A stretch of 63,544 nt of DNA, the filler included, from Candidatus Woesearchaeota archaeon (lineage in GTDB: Archaea; Nanobdellota; Nanobdellia; Pacearchaeales; UBA284): assembly GCA_964354405.1 (NCBI GenBank). It is 6 parts of 5 records of this genome, joined end to end, with 100 filler letters (N's around TTAATTAATTAA, not from the genome) between each part and the next. Parts side by side here need not be neighbours in the genome. Positions count along the whole stretch, not along the records: positions 11,476 to 30,652 come from CAYGZP010000003.1; positions 30,753 to 51,301 come from CAYGZP010000004.1; 4 more parts are not named here. One strand, 5' to 3'. A program made the translations under genes and the position numbers. Positions 28,801 through 36,760 of this stretch are shown here, in pieces. Each line of letters opens with the position of its first letter. Positions within the stretch are counted from its first letter, which is position 1. The notes beneath the pieces were generated by a model. The model was not told the DNA's origin. It did not search any database and saw nothing but the letters and a program-made list of their open reading frames with translations.

Positions 28801-29283
28801 TTGTGCGGCTTTAGCATACACACCTCCAGCCAAGTTAGGTAGCATCATACCCATTGTGGATGCAGTCATCTCCGCTGGAGCAACAGTGAACGCTTCCAAG
28901 CCAGCCATGATCTGTGGCAAGATACCCTTACCTTCAGCTTCTTTGAGAATACGGGAAATCTCTTGTGAGTCTTGCTTCGATTCAGCGGACAAGAGGCTAT
29001 CGAAATAATCTTCGTAGCCTGCTATGGATTTAGATACTGGATTGTTTGCGCCGAAGACATCAGAGATCATTCGGGTTCCAGTTCCCAATCCCTTCATAAA
29101 CTGGATTCCTATGTCTGCTGCACCACCGACTACACCTCCACCTTCGCGGCGTTCTGGTTCTAAATTCTTATTTATTGATGGATCATATTGATCTAAAAAT
29201 GATCCCGTGCTGGATGCAGGTTCTTGACTTACGATCTTTTTATTAGAAGTATCGTATTGGTTTAGGAAATCTTCTGCTGTCAT
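22870..29283 (-). CDS. Giant internal virion / ejection protein with a zincin-like (HExxH) domain
   Basis: 2137 aa; Gly/Ala hydrophobic N-terminal region, Pro/Ala linker, AHEIGH...EWFA, long helical C-terminus. Confidence 0.65.
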   Translation of the reverse strand: MTAEDFLNQYDTSNKKIVSQEPASSTGSFLDQYDPSINKNLEPERREGGGVVGGAADIGIQFMKGLGTGTRMISDVFGANNPVSKSIAGYEDYFDSLLSAESKQDSQEISRILKEAEGKGILPQIMAGLEAFTVAPAEMTASTMGMMLPNLAGGVYAKAAQLGRAGVIGLQMGIGAAQGAGSIKGQIYTAVQEELRQQGLPEDKIDDIATEAQAYNGKNLDQILIGAGLGAAASSTGAEKIMTRLITGAGKEASEDIIKAVIKGGFSEAPIEALQGGQEKIAENVALQRIGVDVPTMQGVIPAATMEATAGLLIGGGFGGVEALTSPEQKEEKKIDKQSNQVANELLAENTPATQSVVKELARRENAVANLQEAYDALEPTSQEAQKLKLELSEAQRNLSAFKGVANKAGLSETITEAEKQQIELAKAITKPAPKPLPTDVLPTEIPGATYGREEQIYDVFGGITRKPVSIPKPAELPAAPTEPTIKESLPVAQEAPAITPAPVAETPAVTEAPAAEVAPVIEPLTDDQAETIRDVITLRKSQGREPNLEQVKRLAEYDARKAGVDVQEGDIVSNIVVGHPMFEAPQPELQNLVPIKVQNKEQLASRFTRVQQIRDTAQSYISNYQVEQAKAKTPAQKKAFAKKFNKSELDRQRDILDYIKNDVMPELDRLEKSAPSATPAVLETITPAEPVGKPKSKIKPQAPVLDPIGYGNALINLFPGLKSAGVKAISMEESLTRLEKQWDEKQKSGKATRLDQLVYLANKKNTENALAGDSVGGTWSRNDLTVAVSSKATPSAMAHEIGHAIMELEFSNADQKTKDEIIAQYNKWFASRYSKDGVPSIADQRRIWEWMTDADWLDPKAPFPQELRVEKWERYRSSFKEWFADEVAKWSATREKPKSLVDKFFTEIAAKLKKLWNAISENFSPDETLATWLDSITSASPSKIKSVPTSDKIELLESTPEPAPTGKPEQIVGEEVGPPKKTPEGIIAKTQELLRKKFNPTKVSDKNTTEAFRALGRLIGRGGTDFAKELNDVGRIVDESGAASEISMGAALFINDLFEYSIRLAAEGNKKLLGIMLTNINKLPTAAIGVSDAARDLRARLELAQRFLKMAQAEQDAYTNYVAEFIYGPNPTKDQIQSIKDAYAAVEKTPQVSEQELTDELESVGGRTGTDLVGKIKEEFTKATEKGREKRQTEEAELDEEYKKVQRQADAEIEKLAKIQSDTPSFDPTAARQITNDVRAIVANDLKQRPDMGRKAPWKSLLVAKLQEAGVEVAAAETLADIVWRQHEINSLSRELSSINKAIEKGPISEIVKAIKDTPLEDQQNPNWRYEVMRDYLRKAGLPTAQAERIAKLMDISLQKRFTMAQEQAFTDAISKTAPWKAGDTRSRRAFQKVLQALRAGALDPARNVLSDMAALNGWTGFSPEQYKTLLKNDAILADPKSGELKKAEAYKAIQDVISKAKLPIRARDVIGQYYDAQALSGIPTLTVNSFSPIAFAMRNAIVEAGSGAIKGDAKAIGRAATAFVDSIKSWANTVAFSFKNNVTVYSNVDYIVNDDNLLRLYRKGVDQFTKSKNAKERADGVKNMMVGMMDYVRRILNALDYGAIAALQNQNISKYAMAVMKNKGMNNKQANEVFAAMMKAKNDFYLQQIAIGTDKNKASILADEFYISSWKKSLEKEGVKVEAIKSAMDAAINDALSSVGRNRQSLDAFKEEATNLKDAGMASSPALWLLESVANAANRSDSQFIKIFSRIIYGFAIVPARVIRETAWFSPYGFVRIMVDAALKNRNIESRYAQSLGSDFQRQQRFNEAAAGTIALFALMALRAGSTDDPEDEDEFKIVFTGNGPQRKDDAQFYDSWYKAGNKPNSMILSFGKTKFTLNMMRGFEAFTWPAMMLGAIDDLEIRKKQKQQTKTPAQLEDAAIVAGFLFDAALRRGPYAFTTKSLFGTYGDIGVEGVAKGLTFPAKTLIPVLGTSLASNLSNFLNDPIDRRTLDGAVWSNIPFIGPAVAPKSLNAFGEPSLSTDFASKMFKLGVPIVYDIPTDRESIKLHELVLKQGGGPSIPTRNQLAQRLDRQPTNKEYEMFVREYGTILTTSMKKNYDKLFNAKPEFYSKAVERIGNRARDVAENKVRQAAKKP

Positions 29284-30652
29284 TCAATTTGAAATTGGTT
29301 TTTGAGAATAGTTGCGGCTTGTTCTCTTGTCAATAATCCAGATTGAAATGCTTTTCCTACTTCTTCTTTTGAAGAATACTTGCCTTTTAATACTGCAAGT
29401 TTCATTTTGGTGTTTTGATAATCCTTGTAATTTGCAGCATCATCAGGCTGGAATCCTTTTCGAGTAGCAAGTTTCTCTAAAACTTTCAATTTAGTTTCAA
29501 GGCTTGAAATTGTATCTTTTGTTCGTGTTTTAGAACCTTCAGCTTCAGTTACTTGTTGACTTGCTTTTTGTTCACTTATTTTTTTAGCAAATGGATTTGT
29601 TGCATCCAACTCTTCTGGAGCTACTTGTTGAGTAGCTTTAGCAGCACCAGTTTGAACTGCTGGCATTCCACCTTGAGTTGGTGCTGGAGCTTCTGCTACT
29701 TCCATTTTTTTCGATGGAGACAAATTTAAGCCTGTTCCAGTAGCAATTTCTGATGCCCCTTGAATTTGTTTTATTTGCTTTGCTTGTGTTTCGGTAATTG
29801 GAATAGCAGCAGCACCCGATTTAGGAATTAATTCAAATTTCATATTTGAATCCATTCCAACTTGTTCAAGCGGAGCAATTGTAGCGTTAAGTATGCCGCC
29901 GTTTTGTTTGAATATTTCTTTAAATGTAGGTAAATCTTTTGAAGGACGATCACGCGACAAGTCTGAATTTGCTGTAATCAATTCTTTGATAAAATCATTC
30001 GCATCTTTATATTGTTGTTCTCCTACTTTTATTCTTTCTTCGGTGAATGTTACATCCATTCCCGGTTTATCTGTGCTGCCTCTTGCTGATTTCTTTAATA
30101 TTGTTTCTGTTCCAACTTTTGGAATTCCAAACCTACCAATATTTACTCCCCATTCTCCAAGATCAATGTTTTTATATTCATACTTTTCTGCTCCCGGATC
30201 AAATGATACGGATTGATTTACAATTTGTGATTTTTGATCTGGAGGTAATACCTCAAATGTTCGCAAATTACTTGCAGATGCTTGTTGATATGGGGTTCCT
30301 TCTTGTTTTTCAAAAGGAGCTTGCGCTTCCATCCATTTGTCAGGAGTAGATATTGCAGGAAGACCACTTGAATCTTTTTGAGGAACTTCATCTGGAAGTA
30401 ACACAGCATTTGTAACATCTTGTGCAGCTTGAATTATTGGACGTTGTTCATCTTGAGTCAATGAAGTTTTTGCATTGCTTGTTACATCACCACCAACAGG
30501 CGTAGTTCCGGCATTACCAGTCATAAAATTATATGCTTGTTCTGCGCCTGATTGTTGAGGTTCGCCGCCACCGCCACCATACCTTGCATTATACGCTTCA
30601 ATCTGACTCTTGCGTAGGAAGTCATCAGCGGCAATTTGATTCATCTTTATTC
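29280..30652 (-). CDS. Phage internal virion protein (5' truncated)
   Basis: Frame open to the contig end; ATGA-coupled to the giant gene. Confidence 0.6.
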
Positions 30653-30752
30653 NNNNNNNNNNNNNNNNNNNNNNNNNNNNNNNNNNNNNNNNNNNNTTAA
30701 TTAATTAANNNNNNNNNNNNNNNNNNNNNNNNNNNNNNNNNNNNNNNNNNNN
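30653..30752. other. Artificial contig linker
   Basis: N44-TTAATTAATTAA-N44. Confidence 0.99.
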
Positions 30753-30753
30753 C

Positions 30754-31959
30754 AGGGGTTATTTAGCTGAAAGAGGGGTTGATAGGAACCAGCAAGACAG
30801 ATATCTTAATGTTTTAAGAGAGATTGAGGAAGCGAATGCCTTAAGATTTGTTACAGAGAGAATCGCGGATACTTGGGACCACAATATAAAAGATGAAGAA
30901 CAAATTAATGATTTGTATAGGGAGAGAGCGTTATTTTTTATTGACAAGAATGTTCCTTTCACTAGTAGAAAACTCGAGCATGCAGTTTTTGGCTCTTCTG
31001 ACATAAGAGACTCGGAAGTGTTGGTTGAAAAATATGGCGAGGACAGGGCGAACAAGGCATTTGAATTTGTGTGGGCTGTCAAGCGGGCAATGTATGAAAA
31101 ATATGAAGGGGTTTTAATACAGTCTGAGGGTGACAAAAAAATAGGATTGAACAAAAGCAAGATGGCTTTTTTAGGGACTCTTTTAGCAGAAAGAGAATTC
31201 TATGAAAATTTGAAAAGTTTGCCAGAATGCTTGGCCAAAAGTAGGGAGGCTGATGAAAGAGAACTCGTGGATATTGTAAGAGAGATAGAACTCGGCGGAG
31301 GTTTGTATACTGGCGAGTTGGATGAAAGTAAAGTTTCTGCGTGGAAGCAAACAATCAAGCATGTCAAGAATCTTGATGCTTCTGAAATTGAGCTTATATT
31401 AGATGGCGACAAAGAAATGATAGAGAATGAAGGATTGTTGATTGGAACAAATAAAGAAAATCAGAATGAGGATTTCTTCTATTGGTTAGGCAAAAATATT
31501 GAAGATGCATATGATAGATTGGACAAAAAATTAACTTGGACAATGCCTAAAGGAATTAGAGATTTAATCGAAGCTAAAAGAAAAGCAAATATAGACGTTT
31601 CACTAAAAAAAGTCCAGGGCAACGAGCTTTACGATGAAGTTTATAATGTAACTATAGGAGTTGTAAAGAAAGCGGAAGAGTATGGCTTGCTCAAAAAAGT
31701 AGATATCAAACTTTTGTCTGGGGCTGTGAAACAGGTTTGTAGCGGAATCAGCGCTTATCAGACAGCGTTGTTCGGCAACAAGCCATTTGCTTACTATGTC
31801 GGCAAACATCCTCGAGACAATTATGATGTTTATGTAGCCCCATTGACTGACAGATCAAGACAAGCATATATGGACTTTTTGGCAAAAGCTTCCATAAGAA
31901 AAATTGTCGAAGAGAAACCTAAACAAAAGACTGGAGAAACTGACACTACTTTAAAATAG
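30754..31959 (+). CDS. Hypothetical protein (5' truncated)
   Basis: Frame open from the contig start. Confidence 0.7.
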   Translation, partial: RGYLAERGVDRNQQDRYLNVLREIEEANALRFVTERIADTWDHNIKDEEQINDLYRERALFFIDKNVPFTSRKLEHAVFGSSDIRDSEVLVEKYGEDRANKAFEFVWAVKRAMYEKYEGVLIQSEGDKKIGLNKSKMAFLGTLLAEREFYENLKSLPECLAKSREADERELVDIVREIELGGGLYTGELDESKVSAWKQTIKHVKNLDASEIELILDGDKEMIENEGLLIGTNKENQNEDFFYWLGKNIEDAYDRLDKKLTWTMPKGIRDLIEAKRKANIDVSLKKVQGNELYDEVYNVTIGVVKKAEEYGLLKKVDIKLLSGAVKQVCSGISAYQTALFGNKPFAYYVGKHPRDNYDVYVAPLTDRSRQAYMDFLAKASIRKIVEEKPKQKTGETDTTLK

Positions 31960-32022
31960 AAAACTTTATAATGTTAAAATAATAAATAAACTAACAAAGA
32001 AAGACAAAAAACAAAAAATAAA

Positions 32023-33567
32023 ATGACAGGGATAGAAATGACAGAAGGACAAGGAAATCAGGAGAACGCTCCTCAGAATTTATCGGAGTTAATGAATAAA
32101 GATATTGATGCAAGGCTTGGATGGATAGTCAGAATGCCCCCTCAAGAAGGGAAGATAATGCTTGCTGCGGCAATCCCAATCTCCAGAGCTAACTCGGATT
32201 TTGAACAGCAGATATTAGATGTAATTGCTTATAGATATTATCATAAAAAAGGCAAAGCTCCTTGGATGGGCCCCCAAGAAGAAGCAGATAAAAAAAGCCA
32301 GATTGAATTATGGTTAAAACAGCAGGGCGTGAGCATTGATAGTTATCTTGCTAAATTTGATGCAGATGTTCCTCAAAAATTTGTTTATGATACTGTTTTG
32401 GGTTATATAAACGGAGAGCTTGATGAGAGATTCAGAACAGTAGCCAGAGAATTGATTTATGAGCCTATAGGAAATTACATCAAAGGAAAAAATCCTACTC
32501 TTGAGCACTATGATTCCACAAAGCCTGATAAAGAAATAGAAGTAGAAACAGAAAAATTCACTCTTAGAACTTCCATAAAAAGAAAACCTATAATCTCTCT
32601 TGAAGAATTCTTGCAGGATAGAAGGACAAGAATTGAAGATTTCTATGGTGTGATTTCTGATAGAAGCCCAGAAGAAATTGAAAGAGAAAATGAAAGAATA
32701 AAAAATTTAAGCAAAGAGGGAATGAAACAGCTTTTGGAATCTGAGAAAAGACGAACAAGAATTGAACAGGAAAGGATGGCGGGATTGTGGCAAACTGCTT
32801 GGACGCCTGATGCCGATTGTCCTTTGAACTTGCTTTTAGCTCAAGTCTATACTCCTGCTAATGCTGCAGCAAATGCAAAATGTTCTATCCCCCAAGAAAT
32901 GATAAAATTAGTTGATTTGAAAGGAGTTCCATTAAACTTTAAGGGTGCAAGTACCGATTATGCTTCAACTAAAACTGTTAGGAATCCTGTTGGGAATCTA
33001 CAGTATGATATATTCCATCTATGGAACTTCAGAAAAGAATTCATGGAAAAAATTATTGAAGAGACTGCTAAAGATGTTCAGAGAAATCCATCTCAAGATT
33101 TGAAAGATATAGAATCTATTATAAAAAATGGATATGAATCAAGAGACCCGGAAGTATGGGGGGAGTTAAGACTGAAGGCTCTAGAAATGCTTTCTCAAGA
33201 TTTTATAAAGGACTTGTTAAAATCTGGCTATAAATTTAATTTCTTGGATACAACACCTTTCTCACCGTTGCTTGTGTGGGACAAGGACTGCAGCAGATTG
33301 ATTGTGTTGAGGCCTTATGCCGAGAACTATCATTTCAGCGAATTTGAATCGGAATGGCACAAGGACAAGAAACTTGCGAGAACAGAAAGACAGATGAAAG
33401 ATGATTTTTTCTTGAGGAATACTTATTATTCTAGAGTCAATAAGAGAACAGGATTAGGATTGACTCAGGTCATATCAGTTGAAGCTGATGACGAAGAAGA
33501 AGCGCGAAAACAATTGCAGATGTATTCTCTCACAAATATTTTCGGGGAAGTTCAAGTAAGAGAGTAA
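32023..33567 (+). CDS. Hypothetical protein
   Basis: 514-aa ORF, no recognised motif. Confidence 0.75.
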   Translation: MTGIEMTEGQGNQENAPQNLSELMNKDIDARLGWIVRMPPQEGKIMLAAAIPISRANSDFEQQILDVIAYRYYHKKGKAPWMGPQEEADKKSQIELWLKQQGVSIDSYLAKFDADVPQKFVYDTVLGYINGELDERFRTVARELIYEPIGNYIKGKNPTLEHYDSTKPDKEIEVETEKFTLRTSIKRKPIISLEEFLQDRRTRIEDFYGVISDRSPEEIERENERIKNLSKEGMKQLLESEKRRTRIEQERMAGLWQTAWTPDADCPLNLLLAQVYTPANAAANAKCSIPQEMIKLVDLKGVPLNFKGASTDYASTKTVRNPVGNLQYDIFHLWNFRKEFMEKIIEETAKDVQRNPSQDLKDIESIIKNGYESRDPEVWGELRLKALEMLSQDFIKDLLKSGYKFNFLDTTPFSPLLVWDKDCSRLIVLRPYAENYHFSEFESEWHKDKKLARTERQMKDDFFLRNTYYSRVNKRTGLGLTQVISVEADDEEEARKQLQMYSLTNIFGEVQVRE

Positions 33568-33601
33568 GAAGGTTTTTAAAATAAAATTACCTTTTTCTAG
33601 C

Positions 33602-34333
33602 ATGGAAAAAAGAGGCATGACAGGTAAGACAAATAAGCGAGCCATGACTAATATAGAAATGATAATCGCCATGACAATCTTTATTTTTTCTGTCGTGCTC
33701 GTGATTTATTACATCTCGTTCATTGGATTGCGGCAAGAGCCATCAGAAGCTTTTCTTGATGCTTTGGAGCGCGAGTTCCGCGACGATGCCGAAGTCAGCT
33801 ATAATGTGACTTATCTGAAGATTACAGCTGAAATAAGCGAGCTTTGTTTCAATCTTCCATTACATTCTGATTTTCCTAATGATAAAACTTTAATGTTCAT
33901 AGAAAGTGGTGGCAATCCCGTTGATTTTGATATTGATGGCGGGCTTAGTGTAGAAAAAAAAGATGACAACAATTACAAAATTTATTCTTTCCCTTTCGAG
34001 ATTACAACAAATCAGGGAGATTCTCCTAGCGGCTGCGCTGACTTAACAGAAGGAGATTATGAATATGGAGTGCCAATCTCGGACAAGATTTTTGCTGAAA
34101 ATAATTTTATAGAATTAAGTGATCCACTGGAATTCCCTTATGGAAGTTTGAAAAACCATTGGAATTTCCAGAAAGATTTTGCGATTAATGTAAGTAATCC
34201 TAAAGGAAATGTGTTTAATGTGAGTGGTGTGAAGCCGCCGCAAGTTGCTGTTAAGGCAAGACAATTTCCAATTAGATTCATGGATACAGAAGGCGCGATT
34301 ATCGGAGCGAATGTAAATATTCAAGTGTGGTGA
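33602..34333 (+). CDS. Class III signal peptide (pilin-like) protein
   Basis: KRA/MTNIE followed by a hydrophobic helix. Confidence 0.65.
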   Translation: MEKRGMTGKTNKRAMTNIEMIIAMTIFIFSVVLVIYYISFIGLRQEPSEAFLDALEREFRDDAEVSYNVTYLKITAEISELCFNLPLHSDFPNDKTLMFIESGGNPVDFDIDGGLSVEKKDDNNYKIYSFPFEITTNQGDSPSGCADLTEGDYEYGVPISDKIFAENNFIELSDPLEFPYGSLKNHWNFQKDFAINVSNPKGNVFNVSGVKPPQVAVKARQFPIRFMDTEGAIIGANVNIQVW

Positions 34334-34350
34334 AAATAAAAAAATAAAAA

Positions 34351-34770
34351 ATGAGACAAAATAAAAAAGGATGGATTATGATTATTGAGGCAGTTATGGC
34401 TGTGCTGATTTTGTTTGGCTTTGTGTTTTTGGCGATGGCAAGACAAGCGCAGGAAGCCAAGGCATTCCAGGAAAAGCCCTCTTTTTACAATATAGCAACT
34501 GTGTTAATTGACAAGGCGCGAGGAGATGATAAAGTTAGGGGTTATGTTCTTGCAGAAGAAGAGGGTGAAGTAAACCAAATATTATGGAATTATCTTGTTA
34601 TGATTAATTCGAGATATAATTCAACTGTTACTATACGCGGGGTTGACAAGGCATGTTCTTATCAGATGGAGAACAAGGACAAGGAAATTTATGCTGCGGA
34701 CACAGTCTTTGCGGCAAGTCCTGCTGCGAGCGAACCAAAAAAACTTTGTATTTTTGTCTGGGAGAAGTAA
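34351..34770 (+). CDS. Class III signal peptide (pilin-like) protein
   Basis: NKKG/WIMIIEA followed by a hydrophobic helix. Confidence 0.65.
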   Translation: MRQNKKGWIMIIEAVMAVLILFGFVFLAMARQAQEAKAFQEKPSFYNIATVLIDKARGDDKVRGYVLAEEEGEVNQILWNYLVMINSRYNSTVTIRGVDKACSYQMENKDKEIYAADTVFAASPAASEPKKLCIFVWEK

Positions 34771-34789
34771 AGAGTAAAAGGAGTAAAAA

Positions 34790-35206
34790 ATGTATGAAAA
34801 TTTTGAGCATAAAGCAGATATAGGTGTTAGAGGAAAGGCAAGCTCGGTCGAAGAGGCATTTGCCGAGGCTGCAAAAGCATTGTTTAATGTAGAAGTTGAT
34901 GTGAAAAAAGTCAAGCCGAGCAAAAAAATCAAATTTAAATGCAGCGCCATGAATCTTGAAGAGTTATTTGTTGAATGGCTCAATTCTTTGCTGTCTCATG
35001 CTTCGCTGCGGGATATGGTTTTTTCAAAATTCAAAGTCAAGATTAAAAACACTAAAATTCCTGTTTTGTATGGAGAAGCCTTCGGCGAGAAGTTCAATGC
35101 AAAGAAGCATAATGTTAAGGGCGAGGTTAAGGGCGCGACATACTCGCAGCTTAAGGTTTATCAGGATAAAGGATTGTGGATTGCGCAGTGTATTGTTGAT
35201 GTTTAA
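34790..35206 (+). CDS. Archease
   Basis: EHKADIG...EVKGATY...IVDV; adjacent to rtcB. Confidence 0.92.
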   Translation: MYENFEHKADIGVRGKASSVEEAFAEAAKALFNVEVDVKKVKPSKKIKFKCSAMNLEELFVEWLNSLLSHASLRDMVFSKFKVKIKNTKIPVLYGEAFGEKFNAKKHNVKGEVKGATYSQLKVYQDKGLWIAQCIVDV

Positions 35207-35220
35207 AATAAAAAAGTAAA

Positions 35221-36648
35221 ATGGATATAAACAGATTCAAGAAAATTGATGATAATGAATGGGAAATCCCAGCGAGTGGCTTGATGAAAGTACCTGGAAG
35301 GATTTTTGCCTCGCGAAAGTTGATTGAGGAAATGGATGAAAAAGTCTGGGAGCAGGTCAGCAATGTTGCGACATTGCCTGGAATCCAGCGCGCTTCGATT
35401 GCCATGGCAGATGCTCATTGGGGTTATGGGTTTCCTATTGGCGGAGTTGCTGCGTTTGATGCTGATGAAGGTGGGGTTGTGAGTGTTGGCGGAGTAGGAT
35501 TTGACGGCGGCTGTGGAGTTCGAGCACTAAAAACAGATTTGAAAGTTGATGAAGTTAGGCCGAAAATTAAAGAGTTAATTGATAAGTTGTTTGAGATTGT
35601 CCCTGCTGGTTTGGGGAATAGGGGCAAGATACTCTTAAAAGATAATGAAGTCAATGAACTTTTGCGCGAGGGCGCGAAATGGGTTGTTGAGAAAGGCTAT
35701 GGAACTAGAGAGGATTTGGAATTCATTGAGGACAATGGAACCATCAAGGGCGCGATGCCAGAGGCTGTCAGCGCTTTAGCGATGAAGCGAGAGAAGAAAC
35801 AAGTTGGCACGCTGGGCTCGGGAAATCATTATCTTGAAGTGTGTTATGTCGATGAAATTTATGATGACAATGCTGCGAAGCAGTTTGGAATTGAGAAAGG
35901 CCAAGTGTTCATGTGGATTCATTGCGGCTCAAGAGCTCTTGGACATCAGATTGGCACAGACTATCTGAAAGTTTTGGCTGAAGCTTCTCGAAAATATAAT
36001 ATTCCGATACATGAACGCGAGCTTGTCTGCGCGCCGATTAAAAGTGATGAAGGAAAAAGATATTTTGGGGCAATGTGCTGCGCGCTCAACTATGCATATG
36101 CAAACAGGCAAGTCATCGCGCATCTTGTGCGAGAGGGATTCAAGAAAATTTTTCCCAAAGCTAGAGTTGAGACATTTTACGAGGTTTCTCACAACTCTTG
36201 CAAGGCTGAGAGCCATAATATCGAGGGTAAGAACAAAATAGTTTATGTTCATAGAAAAGGCGCGACAAGGGCTTTCGGCCCGGGCCGCGACGAACTGCCT
36301 AAAGCATATCGAGCAATTGGACAGCCTGTCTTGATAGGGGGCACTATGGGAACTTTTTCATATATCTTGCATGGAACCCGCGAGGGTGAGAAGGGCTTTT
36401 TTTCAGCGTGCCATGGAGCAGGAAGAGCAATGTCAAGAACCCAGGCAGGGAAAGAGTTCAATGGCGCAAGTTTAATAAGAGAATTGGAGAAAAAAGGAAT
36501 TTATGTTAAAGCTCACAGCATGGATGGATTAGCTGAAGAAGCCCCCGGAGCTTACAAGAAAGTTGAAGATGTTGTTGATTCAATCCACAATGCTTCGCTT
36601 GCTCGCAAAGTTGCAAGACTGAAGCCGATAGGCAATATCAAAGGGTAA
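35221..36648 (+). CDS. rtcB: RtcB tRNA-splicing RNA ligase
   Basis: DAHWGYGFPIGGV, GFD..CGVR, GTLGSGNHYLE, HCGSR, HRKGAT, HGAGR and EEAPGAYK motifs. Confidence 0.96.
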   Translation: MDINRFKKIDDNEWEIPASGLMKVPGRIFASRKLIEEMDEKVWEQVSNVATLPGIQRASIAMADAHWGYGFPIGGVAAFDADEGGVVSVGGVGFDGGCGVRALKTDLKVDEVRPKIKELIDKLFEIVPAGLGNRGKILLKDNEVNELLREGAKWVVEKGYGTREDLEFIEDNGTIKGAMPEAVSALAMKREKKQVGTLGSGNHYLEVCYVDEIYDDNAAKQFGIEKGQVFMWIHCGSRALGHQIGTDYLKVLAEASRKYNIPIHERELVCAPIKSDEGKRYFGAMCCALNYAYANRQVIAHLVREGFKKIFPKARVETFYEVSHNSCKAESHNIEGKNKIVYVHRKGATRAFGPGRDELPKAYRAIGQPVLIGGTMGTFSYILHGTREGEKGFFSACHGAGRAMSRTQAGKEFNGASLIRELEKKGIYVKAHSMDGLAEEAPGAYKKVEDVVDSIHNASLARKVARLKPIGNIKG

Positions 36649-36760
36649 CTCGGGATTAATCCAAGATTAGTCAAGAGTGTAATAAATTTTAAATACTCAG
36701 AAATTGCTTATACTTATAATAATATAGTATATATAACATATAACAAAAAGAGATATAGAA

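Noticed and set aside
34790..36648. Functional link between RtcB/archease and the hammerhead ribozyme ends
   Set aside because: They are on different contigs from different organisms (archaeon versus bacteriophage), and archease-rtcB is an ordinary archaeal pair.
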